The notes under the pieces were generated by a model. The model saw only the letters and a program-made list of their open reading frames with translations, was not told where the DNA came from and did not search any database. A DNA stretch of 63,876 nt, the filler included, from Craspedostauros australis (lineage: Eukaryota): NCBI GenBank assembly GCA_030167865.1. It is 7 parts of 7 records of this genome, joined end to end, with 100 filler letters (N's around TTAATTAATTAA, not from the genome) between each part and the next. Parts side by side here need not be neighbours in the genome. Positions count along the whole stretch, not along the records: positions 27,882 to 46,348 come from JALAGF010001444.1; positions 46,449 to 50,234 come from JALAGF010001445.1; positions 50,335 to 61,490 come from JALAGF010001446.1; 4 more parts are not named here. One strand, 5' to 3'. Positions 44,576 to 55,456 of this stretch are shown piece by piece. The position numbers and the translations under genes were made by a program. The stretch's first letter is position 1; each line of letters begins with the position of its first letter.

Positions 44576-45211
44576 GGAGGAACCCGAAATAAGTGTTTCA
44601 AAGTTGCGGCAATCGTTGCATTCATCGGTACATTCCAGAATCACAAGCAACGAGGTCTCGGATAACATTAACACGCGATATCATCTTTCTATTGGTTCCT
44701 TGTTCGCGCCACTGCTGACACAATGACCCATAAATCTTACTCGAACTCAGAGAGGACACGGCTGCGCTCGGCAAGATTGGGCTCGGCAAGATTGGGCTCG
44801 GTCTTGTCCTTTCATGGTCGAATCGCTCACGCCCGGCGGAGCTTTTGTATTCACCCCGGTCGTTCTCAGTACGCGCGCTTCTGTCTCCTCTCTCTGTGTC
44901 TCTCTGACCAACGAAAGATCCTGCTTCTTGCGAGGAGGTCGATGCATTTGAGGCCCGAGTTGCCTCCGTTGATGATGGGAGGGAAGACCAGGACATGTGG
45001 AAAGAAAGAGAAAATGAACTATCATGTCTTGTGGTGCTCTGATTTCTGTGATGGATTGCGACAGATGCTTCCTCCAACAATTCTCTCCCTGGCCAACACA
45101 CCCCATCAATCATCCATAATCTCCACATCATCTGACAGATCAAGAAACAGGAGCAACAGGTGCAACGATAAGCTCACTATCACCATCGCGATCACGACAA
45201 CAGCCGCCACG

Positions 45212-46348
45212 ATGGACTTCGATATTGCAACGGCATTGCGAGACAACATCGCATCGGTGCTCCTTCTCCCGCTCGCACTTGCCATCGGATGGTTGGTTGT
45301 CGCCTTGAGTAGACCACCCGCCAAGGATGCCCCTGTGAGGGTCCCTGGTGGGATCATGGAGTCCATCAACGTGTTGCCATCCTCCGAAGCACCATGGTGG
45401 CATCTCCAACTTCGAGAATCCTTGGGATCGTCCATCTTCCAGCACAGCATCCCCATCCCTGGTGGTATGTACGCTGTCTGCGCCGCAAAGCATCAACGCG
45501 AGATTCTGCTCGACAAGACGGCCGACAAACCAATACAACTATACACAAGTTTCAACAGCGTTCTAGGACACAAGCAGATGTCCACACGCTCAACGCATGA
45601 CCCCCTCTTCAAGACAATGAGGAAAGCCGTTGTGCACTCATTCTCCTCCACAGAAGTCAAACGGATGAATTACATCTGCACGAAGTACGTCAAGCAGTGG
45701 GAAACAGAGTTCCTCGAGAAGCTGGCCGACACCGACATGACCTTCGACCCATCCATCGAGTTGCCGAAGATCGTATTCAAGTCCATCATGGAAGCAGCCT
45801 TCGAATACGAATCGACTCCCGAAGACTTCCACTTCTTCGCGTCCAACTTCGAAGTGGCTGCACGTGAATTCATCCTTCGCCAAGCCATCAATCCTTTGCG
45901 GAAAGCACTCAGCTTCATGATCCCAGAAGTCTGGGTGGCGCGCAAATCCTGTTCCGCTTTACAGGACTTTGTGAAGAAGATTTTGAAAGCCTATCGCGAG
46001 AATCCCAACAAATCGGAACACAACACGCTGATTAAGATGGTCGAGTCCAATCCGTACAGTATGTCCGAGAAGGAGAAGATTGCGGAGCTCCTTTCCTTGG
46101 CTATCGGCGGTTTTGATACAACGGGATACACACTTGCCAACACTCTCACGTTACTCGCAAAGCACCCCAAGGAGATGAAGGAGCTGCAGCAATCGTTGTT
46201 GCAGGGCGATCCGGAACAATCCAACGGTCATCTCAAGCGTGTGATCACCGAATCCAAACGCTTGATCCCTGTTGGTGCATTGAGTTCCGTTCGCGTCGCC
46301 AGTCGAGACTTCATCTTTGTGGATGAACCTTCCAGTCGCAAGGTCAAG
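45212..46348 (+). CDS. Cytochrome P450, copy 2 (3'-partial at linker)
   Basis: Colinear close paralog (MDFDIATALRDN, GGFDTT, ESKR), cut before the heme Cys motif. Confidence 0.93.
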
Positions 46349-46448
46349 NNNNNNNNNNNNNNNNNNNNNNNNNNNNNNNNNNNNNNNNNNNNTTAATTAA
46401 TTAANNNNNNNNNNNNNNNNNNNNNNNNNNNNNNNNNNNNNNNNNNNN
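46349..46448. other. Artificial contig linker
   Basis: N44-TTAATTAATTAA-N44. Confidence 0.98.
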
Positions 46449-46683
46449 CCATCATCGATGATGATACCTGATGCAGTGTGTACTCTGGTATGGCCAGGCT
46501 TATACCATACATTCGTGCTTGAACATTGTACATTCGTATTCGCGCTTGTACTTGTACTGACATCGACACTCACACCGACACCATTCGCACCGAATTACAT
46601 ACTCCACTATTGTGCATCGATGCGTCGATACATCATGGCACTTCGCGTCACTCCACGTCACTTCACATCACCAAATCTTGCAG

Positions 46684-47867
46684 AAACGACGACGCTTGTG
46701 GCTGTCCTGAACTCCTTGCATATTCGTCAGTACAACAAGTACTACGAGGAAGTAAAGCGCATTGCAGCCATGCAGACTGGAAACCGCCAAGCAGCGTTGA
46801 CGGTGGCCCGCAAGGCAAAACCCAGGCTACTGGTATGCGCTCCATCCAATGCCGCTGTTGATAACATCATCCTCAAGATCATGGAGGATGGATTCGTGGA
46901 CGGGAGCGGGAAACGGTACAACCCAAGCATGATTCGGGTGGGAGTTGGGAAATCACCAGCCGTCAAGGATGTTGCCCTGGAAACCAAGGTGGACTCCATC
47001 CTTTCCGAACACATGGACGCGGGCCGGTTGGACTCCACGATCGCTGGCCTCCGCATGGAGCTGCAGCGTATATCTGGCGACATTGCCAAATACAGACGCC
47101 GGATCCATGCGATCTCGCAGGCGTCACCCTGGCCACTTGCCAAGGACTGGGAAATCAGGATCGACGAGAAGACCTTCGATGAGACTGGCATGGTGTACTT
47201 CGTCAATCACAAGACGCAGATGACGACGTACGAATGCCCGCCGCCGCCGGAACCTGGCGAGAGGCAATTCCCAGCAAGGGCCATGCCCGAGTACAAGTCG
47301 TACGTTGCCCGTATCGTCAAGTCCGTTGAGGGATACTTCAGCATTAAATCCAACCTGGAGCGCACTACAATCGTGAAGGGCACTTTGGACAGCGGCGCAA
47401 ATCGCATTGCTGTCCGGCAGTCGCTAGAAAGCCATGTTCTCAACTCCGTTCACATGGTGATGACGACGCTCGGCACTGCGGGAAATCGGGTGCTTGAGGG
47501 CGTTGACAAGTTTGAGGTGGTGGTTGTGGACGAGGCGGCACAGAGCGTGGAGCCGGCAACGCTATCTGCATTGCAGTTGGGATCCCGGCATGCGGTACTC
47601 GTGGGAGATCCGCAGCAGCTGCCTGCCACAATCTTCAACGTCTCCGGACGAGGCTCGAAGTTTGACAGGAGTTTATTCCAGAGGATGGAAGAGGCTGGGC
47701 AGGACGTGTTCATGCTGAATGAGCAGTACCGAATGCATCCGCAGATATCTCACTTTCCCCGTCACATCTTCTACGGTGGCACGCTGAAGGACGGCCCCAA
47801 CGTCACCAAATCGACTTATGGGAATCCGTTGGTCAAGTCTGTATGCTCCCGCGTCCCAGCATTCAAT
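46684..47867 (+). CDS. SEN1: Sen1/senataxin-like SF1B (Upf1-like) helicase, internal exon containing a WW domain
   Basis: Acceptor TTGCAG at 46683, after which the Walker A tail (K)TTTL resumes. Motifs LVCAPSNAAVD, VVVDEAAQ, LVGDPQQLP, SLFQR and QYRMHP. Donor GTGAGT at 47868. Confidence 0.88.
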
Positions 47868-48188
47868 GTGAGTTGCTGATGGTTACTGATGGTTACTGAT
47901 GGTTACGATGTTTACTGATCACGGCTCATTCGATCAATGATGAGCTGTTGCCGTTCCGTCCGATCTTGCCTGTGCCCAGTGTCGTGGCGACTCCGTCGAT
48001 TATGCCGGCGATGCTCAAAGTTACGAATAGGACTCAGGAATGACCCAAATCCGACCAGAATCGAGAAGGTCTGAATGGAAGCAACCCACAGTATGCTGCA
48101 ACCCAGTGCAATGCGATGCTCTACGTATGATGTATCATATCACTCACATGCTGAGATGCTGTACTATACTCTGCCACTTCTTTTGCAG

Positions 48189-50225
48189 CCGTTCACCGTC
48201 CTTGATCTGGATTCCCGTGAGGAACGAGGCGGGACAAGTTTGGCAAATTCAACCGAGGCTCATCTAGCGGTCCATCTGTACACGTCTTTACGCGACATCA
48301 CCAATGGCCTGTCTGCCAAGTCGCGCGTGGCCGTCATTACACCATACAGTCAGCAAGCGGGCTTGTTGAGGCGTGTCTTTCGCGATGCGTTGGGGAACCA
48401 GTGCGATCGATTGGTGGAGGTTAACACTGTCGATGCATTCCAAGGCAGAGAGGCCAACATTGTGATCTTCTCCGCCGTCCGAGCAGCAGGCAGCCATGGC
48501 ATTGGCTTCCTCAGCGATGTGCGGCGCATGAACGTGGCTCTAACCCGTGCGAAGCACTTTCTCTTCGTCATTGCGAGGTGCCAATCGATCGTTGTCAATC
48601 CATACTGGAGAGATCTGGTGGGGCATGCCAGAGAAACCAACGCAGTTGTCCGTGTTCCGATGAAGAACGGATCAAAGTTCAGCAAGGTCGATTTTGGTGC
48701 CATCACGCAATGGCAGGGAGAGAATCCGAAGCGAGTGGATCCTTTGGAACGCATCCAGTCGGTTCAACCATCTCGGGAGCGTGCAGTAGATCCACGGCGC
48801 CGAAAGGCAACCCAAGCGGCATCATCAGGTGTTGCGAGTGGAGGAAGTGTCAGCATCGAAATCCCACCGCAGCAACAACAACAGTTGCCACCAAGTCGAA
48901 CGTCGTCACAATCAGTCTCATCCTCTTCAGTTTTACAGCAACCACAGCCACGGCCACAGCCCCAACTACAGCCCCACGTACAGCAGCACACACAGGTGAA
49001 AATGCAACCACAGCTCCAGCCGCAAACGCAAATCCAACACCAACACCAAACGCAGCCAATGTTGGATACAAGGTCGCAACTGCCATTAATGTCGTTGCCA
49101 CCGTCTATGCCACAAGCCACGGAACATATGAATCTGCAAGTTCAACCACAGCAACAACTGCAACCACAATCGCAACCGCAACCGACACAAAACGAAATTC
49201 ATCTCCAGGCACAAATGCAGCAGCAACAGCAGCAGCAACCGTTCCAATCGCAAGTACAATCGTCAACGCACCAGCAACCAATGGTGCAGCAGCAGCAGCC
49301 GTTTCAGCCACATCCTCAGGCGCAGGCGCAGGTGCAGGTTCTGATGGGACAGCAGCAGCTTCAGACACAAATGCAACAACCACAGATTCAACAACAATTC
49401 CAAGAGCAACCGCACTCGCAGATGCATCAACTTCAGGCACAGCAGCAGCCACAACAACACCAACAGCAGCAGCATTTTCAACCGCAGATGCAACCACAGG
49501 TGCAAGTGCAGATACAACAACCACAGATGCAGTTGCAACAACAATTCCAACCACAAATGCAGATGCAGCTGCAAATGCAGCAACCTCAGATGCAACAAGT
49601 GCAACCGCCGCAAGGGCAGATGCAACAACAAAGCATTCGCTCACAAGCGGCAGTGCCGATGAATGCAATGCCAATCGCTGGCGCAGTTGCAGTATTGCCC
49701 CCGCCACCCTCTGCAGCGACACACAGACAGCAGCAACTTCCGCCTCCTCCTCCGCCACCACCACCCTCCGCCGCCCAATATCCACAGCACCATATGCCAT
49801 CACAACTCGGGCAACACACGTATCCAGGAGCAGCACATGGCACGCAGCACCCACCGGCAATGTACCCAAACCAAGACTACAATCAGAACCCGAGTGAAGA
49901 CCAATATCAGCATCAAACTCCGCACCACGTCCGCCGTGAACATGGTGTGTCACCACCCCCGCCACCTCCTCCTCCGCCACCACAGATGCAGCAGCAGCAA
50001 CATCAGGCGAATGCATATTCACAGCCCCATCATGGTTTTCAGCCTCCTCCCCCACCTCCACCGCCACCGCCCCATCCGAGTACTTACAATCCCCACTCTG
50101 CCAATGCACAAAAGACAAGACCCAAATCGAAATGGAAAGGGAAACAGAAGCACAAAACCAAGAACAAACAGAAGCAACGACAGAGTCAGAAGCAGAAACA
50201 ACACATCCCTGGTCCATTTGGTTGA
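48189..50225 (+). CDS. SEN1: Sen1-like helicase, last exon with Q/P-rich tail
   Basis: Acceptor TTTTGCAG, phase 0 and in frame. Motifs VITPYSQQ, TVDAFQGRE and GFLSDVRRMNVALTRAK, then poly-Q and poly-P. Confidence 0.88.
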   Translation, partial: PFTVLDLDSREERGGTSLANSTEAHLAVHLYTSLRDITNGLSAKSRVAVITPYSQQAGLLRRVFRDALGNQCDRLVEVNTVDAFQGREANIVIFSAVRAAGSHGIGFLSDVRRMNVALTRAKHFLFVIARCQSIVVNPYWRDLVGHARETNAVVRVPMKNGSKFSKVDFGAITQWQGENPKRVDPLERIQSVQPSRERAVDPRRRKATQAASSGVASGGSVSIEIPPQQQQQLPPSRTSSQSVSSSSVLQQPQPRPQPQLQPHVQQHTQVKMQPQLQPQTQIQHQHQTQPMLDTRSQLPLMSLPPSMPQATEHMNLQVQPQQQLQPQSQPQPTQNEIHLQAQMQQQQQQQPFQSQVQSSTHQQPMVQQQQPFQPHPQAQAQVQVLMGQQQLQTQMQQPQIQQQFQEQPHSQMHQLQAQQQPQQHQQQQHFQPQMQPQVQVQIQQPQMQLQQQFQPQMQMQLQMQQPQMQQVQPPQGQMQQQSIRSQAAVPMNAMPIAGAVAVLPPPPSAATHRQQQLPPPPPPPPPSAAQYPQHHMPSQLGQHTYPGAAHGTQHPPAMYPNQDYNQNPSEDQYQHQTPHHVRREHGVSPPPPPPPPPPQMQQQQHQANAYSQPHHGFQPPPPPPPPPPHPSTYNPHSANAQKTRPKSKWKGKQKHKTKNKQKQRQSQKQKQHIPGPFG

Positions 50226-50234
50226 TTGGAGCGG

Positions 50235-50334
50235 NNNNNNNNNNNNNNNNNNNNNNNNNNNNNNNNNNNNNNNNNNNNTTAATTAATTAANNNNNNNNNN
50301 NNNNNNNNNNNNNNNNNNNNNNNNNNNNNNNNNN
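50235..50334. other. Artificial contig linker
   Basis: N44-TTAATTAATTAA-N44. Confidence 0.98.
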
Positions 50335-50964
50335 CGAGAGCCTCGGAAGGACGGACCAACTGGCCAAAAAATGTCTCCCCCCGCGACTCGTTGGTTTGTG
50401 ACTGAATGGGCTCTTAAGTACGTTTTCAATTCCGACTCGGTTGACCACTGCCCTTCGATGAAATTAATCCAAGAAGTTCGTGGAACTCGAAAGAAACCAA
50501 AAGAGTGTCGAAGGATTCATATGGTCAACAGGTGGCAACAACAACTATCACCGATACGCTCCGTGCTTGTTGTGTGCATCCTTGTTGGTGTCAACGGCAG
50601 ATGGCCCACATGAGGCATGTAGAGGCGCGAAGCTGCCAACGCACTCTCAGGAAAACAGGGAGCCGAGAAAGGACATCCGTGCTCCATTCCATCCAACTGC
50701 CCGCGGAACGCATCAGAACATACATACTTGTACTTGGAACCTCGGACAAGCAATCGCACTACTATACACATTGCCCTTGTAAGGGCAATGTATACTCTGT
50801 GGATGAGAGGAGGCGGACGAGGAATAACGTGTAGAGGAGAGTACGAGAACAACAAGCGAGCCGCGTGGTCCACACCACATCACCTCACATCACCTCACAT
50901 CACCTCACACCACATCACCTCACACCACACCATATCATAGAATACAATATCATCCCATAAAACA

Positions 50965-52104
50965 ATGATCTTCTACTTACAATCATCACTCAGCTTCCTC
51001 ACCATCGCACTGGCAAGCTCCGCCAACGGTATCAACAACAGCAACAACAGCGACGGCAACAGCCGCAGCAACAAACAGTACCATCCATCCGCAATGACGA
51101 CCATGAAGCGCGTCGATCTGATCAAGCAGGGAGGATTCGCCCCCAACAAGAACCTCGCCACTGTGGACGTCGACGTCCCGAAGCCATCCGACATGGAGGT
51201 GCTCATCGACATCAAGGCGTCCGCCATCAACCCAGTGGATTGGAAGATAGCATCGTTCGGCTTCATGCTGCCGCCACAACTCCCTGCCACCCTGGGATGC
51301 GACGTCGCGGGCATCGTCGAAGACGGGCCCGACACCATGAAGGGCAAGCGCGTCGTTACCTACCTCGGAGCTGACAAAACCAACACCAAAACCACGCGCG
51401 GCGCATTCGTCGACAAGGTGCTGGCAGACAAGGACATCGTCTTTGAGATCCCGGACTCGATGTCGTTCGCGGAGGCAGCGAGCCAACCTGTGGGCGGGCT
51501 GGCGGCCGTGCTCCTTCTCGACAGCCTCGTTGGGGTCAAACCAGGCGACTGGGTTCTGGTTTGGGGAGGATCCTCGTCGGTCGGATTCCACGCTGTGCAG
51601 CTTGCCAAGGCCAGAGGTTACAAGGTCATCGCCGTCACCAGCGCCAAGCACGAGCAGAGCATGAAGGATCTAGGCGCCGACGGCTTCGCCGATTACCGCA
51701 AGGGAGATGTGGAAGCCCAGGTCGATGAGATCATGAAGGGGCAGGCAACTGGCTTGAATGGTGCCGCTGATTGCATCGGCAATGCCAACGGGAATGGTGC
51801 AGCCGCCAGACTCGTCAAGAAATACGGCAAGACAGATGCCTCCTTGGTCATCAGCACCGTCGACTTTGGAATGCCTGCACCACCGGACGGTGTCGAAGCA
51901 AAGATGATCAATTTGGGAGCCGTCCTCGGAGATCCAGAATCCCGAAAGGACGTCGTTGCAGCCTACCCCTCCATTCTCGAGCTCAAACCGCAGGCCATCC
52001 GCTTGGTCAAAGGCAAGATGAGCGCCGACACTGTTGCGAAGGCGTTGCAAATCAACAAGGATGGAGTGTCCGGCGAGAAGGTCATCATCGAGTGGGAAAA
52101 GTGA
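50965..52104 (+). CDS. Medium-chain dehydrogenase/reductase (quinone or enoyl reductase-like)
   Basis: Motifs ASAINPVDWK, GCDVAGIV and Rossmann VLVWGGSSSVG. Alternative start at 51094. Confidence 0.9.
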   Translation: MIFYLQSSLSFLTIALASSANGINNSNNSDGNSRSNKQYHPSAMTTMKRVDLIKQGGFAPNKNLATVDVDVPKPSDMEVLIDIKASAINPVDWKIASFGFMLPPQLPATLGCDVAGIVEDGPDTMKGKRVVTYLGADKTNTKTTRGAFVDKVLADKDIVFEIPDSMSFAEAASQPVGGLAAVLLLDSLVGVKPGDWVLVWGGSSSVGFHAVQLAKARGYKVIAVTSAKHEQSMKDLGADGFADYRKGDVEAQVDEIMKGQATGLNGAADCIGNANGNGAAARLVKKYGKTDASLVISTVDFGMPAPPDGVEAKMINLGAVLGDPESRKDVVAAYPSILELKPQAIRLVKGKMSADTVAKALQINKDGVSGEKVIIEWEK

Positions 52105-52842
52105 GGCGATTCGATGCCTGCCGATGGAACCACTTCCGTGCGTTTGGCAGAAACCACAAGCCGCGAAGCAGCAAGTCAGAAATAGATGTAGTTGAATATC
52201 TTAGGTACTCCACAGAGTGTCATGGATTTTATCGTGTGTTGCGACTGCTCCGAGGTTACTGAGGATGCCGCGGCGGCATTGGCATGCACAAGGTTGATTC
52301 ATTGCGGAAGAAGCGGGCGTTGAATGATGTATTATATGTACAATACGAGTATGGAATCTAACGTGCTGTTCTGCTCAACTCCAGTCGTATTCGTGGCATT
52401 ATTCGTGGCATTATTCGTGGCATTATTCGTGCCGATAGAGTGTTGTGGCATTGGTTGAAGGGAATGCCTCAACGTCAGTGGCTCTGCACAAATGCAGATC
52501 TGCATACTAATAGTGACCATACCATCTACTCCTGCCCTCTTCCGGTTCTGACAACTCGTGGTGTAGTGTCGACGCGAGTGGTTGTTTGCAAGCGTCGGTG
52601 TCGACAGGTCACACATACCATACGAATACGTGATGAAATGACCGCACTTATGTTGCACATATTCAGTCTGACCTTCCACTCAAATGTGTACGAATCCGCA
52701 TGTCTCACACTCATGGTACTACTTCGAGTCGATCGACCAAAACATAAAAGGGGGGAATAGATTCGGAATTCCGACAAACCAAACCAAAAGAAAATAAAAA
52801 CTAATTAATCCCCTAACACAACACAAACAACAGCAAAGCAAA

Positions 52843-55456
52843 ATGACTTCGAACACCGACCCCAACACGACCAACCGCGAGGTGAAGGAGCACGACAATG
52901 GCCCAACATTGGAGCCTCCCACCAAGGAGCCCGATAAACCAGAGGCCAAGCGAGACACCGACACAAGTAGCCACCACCGCGCCAGACGCCAGGCAAGAAG
53001 AGCCATTCCATATAATGGAGGAACCGATGAGCAAGACCCCGACGAAGTGTCCATCTCCTACAAGCCTCGATCCAACACGTTCAAAACGGCGGCAAACAAG
53101 ACAAGCATGGACATCACACCGTTCGACAAAGCAACAGGCGATGGATCCATCGACAGAGCAGCCAAGACAGCATGGAGAGCACGCGCGATCTGGTACAACC
53201 GAGATGAGGCCACCGCGGACCGTGAGAACCCAACCATCAAACAGTGGGAACACTTCTTTCGGGACCTCGCTGATGGCAGAGTCACCGCGTTCGGACCAGT
53301 CACCCTACTGAACAAGGACCCCACCAGGATGAGACTGCTACAGTTCGTAATCAATGTGGCATCCACTGATCCCCATGAAGTGTTCAAACCGCACCTCAAC
53401 GAGAACGGAACAGTGAAATGCGCTCGTGCCACCAAAGTGTGGAAGGCAGCCAACCGCGTACTCGGGTCCAATTACGACCTTGGCGTGACACCATCAGTCA
53501 GCTCAGACATCAGCAACGACAAAATGGAAGGCCTCACCTTACAGACAACGACAGCAACAACGACAGGTGCACCAACACCTCACCCACGAACATCAGTTGC
53601 TCGAATGCCAGCACATGCGAGCTCAGACTCTATCAGCACCGACAGTGAATCCCACGGCAGCTGCCACCCAGTCAAATGAACCCGGTTCAAATCGCCCAGG
53701 AGCACAACCAATTCGTACCACATCAGCCAAAACAGCACAAGCAGCTCACAATCTACCGGGTCAGCACGCAGCAGCGATGCATCCACGGACTCAGAAGTCA
53801 CGCAGAACAGAGACAGAGCAAGCCGAGCAGCACGACGCCAACGCCGTGATGATGAGGACTCAGTCAGCTCTGACGACGAGTCAAACACTTCCCAAGCAAA
53901 GATCGCGCCCCCCAAACACGACCACACAACCAGGTTCACCATCAAGCTCAATGTGGACAGGACGGAAGAAGATACCACAGCAGCCGTGCGCGACCGCATC
54001 AAGCGATGGTTCAGGCAGGTCCGAAGAATCGACCCGTCAGCCACGATCCTCCCATGGAAAGAGACCAGCAACACAGGTCCACACATAGCCCACACAGGCC
54101 AAATCCCAGAGAGAATGGACGGACTTCGAACATTCTTCCAAGGCCTGCGAGCCCCATCCGGAGCCACCGGTATCACCTACGCGAAGGTTCGGATCACCAC
54201 AAGAGACAATCCGTTCGACATCACAGCCGACCGAAACTCTGAGCTGAACCCGTACTACTACAACGAATACGAGGGACTCTACATGGCACAACTCCAAGAC
54301 GCCGAAGAAGTGAAGGAGATTGGATTCCTGCTATACTCAGGAGGGTTCACCGACGTAGACGGCACCGTGGAGATCATCAACAGAAGCCTACGACGTGCCC
54401 ACAGCGACATCAGGGTTGGAGGGAAAATCAAGAACATCCTGCAAGTCAGCAACGAAACCAGAGACAAGTACAAGGATGGGAAAAGGCACTGGACAGTGCA
54501 ACCATGGAGGGCAGTGAAACTGGAAGTAGAGCGATCCCAAGCATTCGCCGATTGTCGAAGTGGTGGCCAACCTCTTCAACACTCGCGAGGAAAGACCGGG
54601 CGCCACCAACTTCCGATTCCTCCCAGACAAGAAGTACAAACAAATGTCGCGCAAGAAGTTGGAGTTCCGCGATGGGCTGGTGGCGAAGCACCAAGCAATA
54701 CTATCGGTCATCGAATACTCAGATTCCGATGGAGTGCTGCACCTGGACAAAAAGGTCAAGGGACACGACAGCAAGTCCATCACGCTGCGCAAGCTCATAC
54801 TCCGCGAGACCAATGGGAAAGGCAAGAAAGTCTTCCACAGTGTGGACCGGGCACGGGGCACAGAGGACCAAATCGTGGCACACTCGTTCCCTGAATACCT
54901 CGAGGACGCGAAGCACTACATGAGCCTCCTGCCAGCCATTGCCAGGCACAAAGTGGGCCCCAAAGCTGAGAAGTGGTTCAGCACTGACGTCTGGGTCGCA
55001 AGCCTTAACATCGTGTACGACCCAAGCACTGACGACTACGTGTCCCCAGACACACACAACCTGGAGGACATCGCGGACGAAGAATTCCCTGCGAGTGTTG
55101 TCATCACCAACATTCCGGATATGATGCCCACCAACCACCGGCCGGCCGCACTAGACAATCGCAGCCTCTTCAACCCCAACTCCACCCTTGGCACATCCAA
55201 CCGATCCATAGACTCCGCATACACAACGATGGCCCCGAACGTCGCAGGAACCGATGCCCCCACAGAAACCCCGGCAACAGGACCAACTCCTCCTGTCACT
55301 AGTCCTGAAGGGATCTTGCGCACCGGCCAAGACACGCGGTACGGCCAACCCCAATCAAGAGAAGCACAGCTCCTGGCCCAGGTCCAAGCACTCCGACGGG
55401 AACTAGGCAAACCTGACGGCGACCCTCCGCAGCCCAACGGAGGCCAGCCAAAATGA
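52843..55456 (+). pseudogene. Retrotransposon ORF1 (about 870 aa), disrupted
   Basis: ORFs 52843-53679 and 53953-54894 share a frame separated by one TGA (53677). A +1 frameshift near 54550 joins ORF 54560-55456. Confidence 0.75.

Noticed and set aside
44723..45211. N-terminal extension of P450 copy 2 in the ORF track
   Set aside because: It corresponds to the duplicated promoter/UTR. Paralog alignment places the start at 45212.
46458..46683. ORF-track N-termini of the helicase ORFs (also 48075-48188)
   Set aside because: These are intronic: canonical acceptors at 46683 and 48188 restore the helicase motifs.
29..52104. Carotenoid oxygenase + P450s + reductase + heme oxygenase as a biosynthetic gene cluster
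   Set aside because: The genes are spread over four contigs separated by gaps and are interspersed with unrelated genes.
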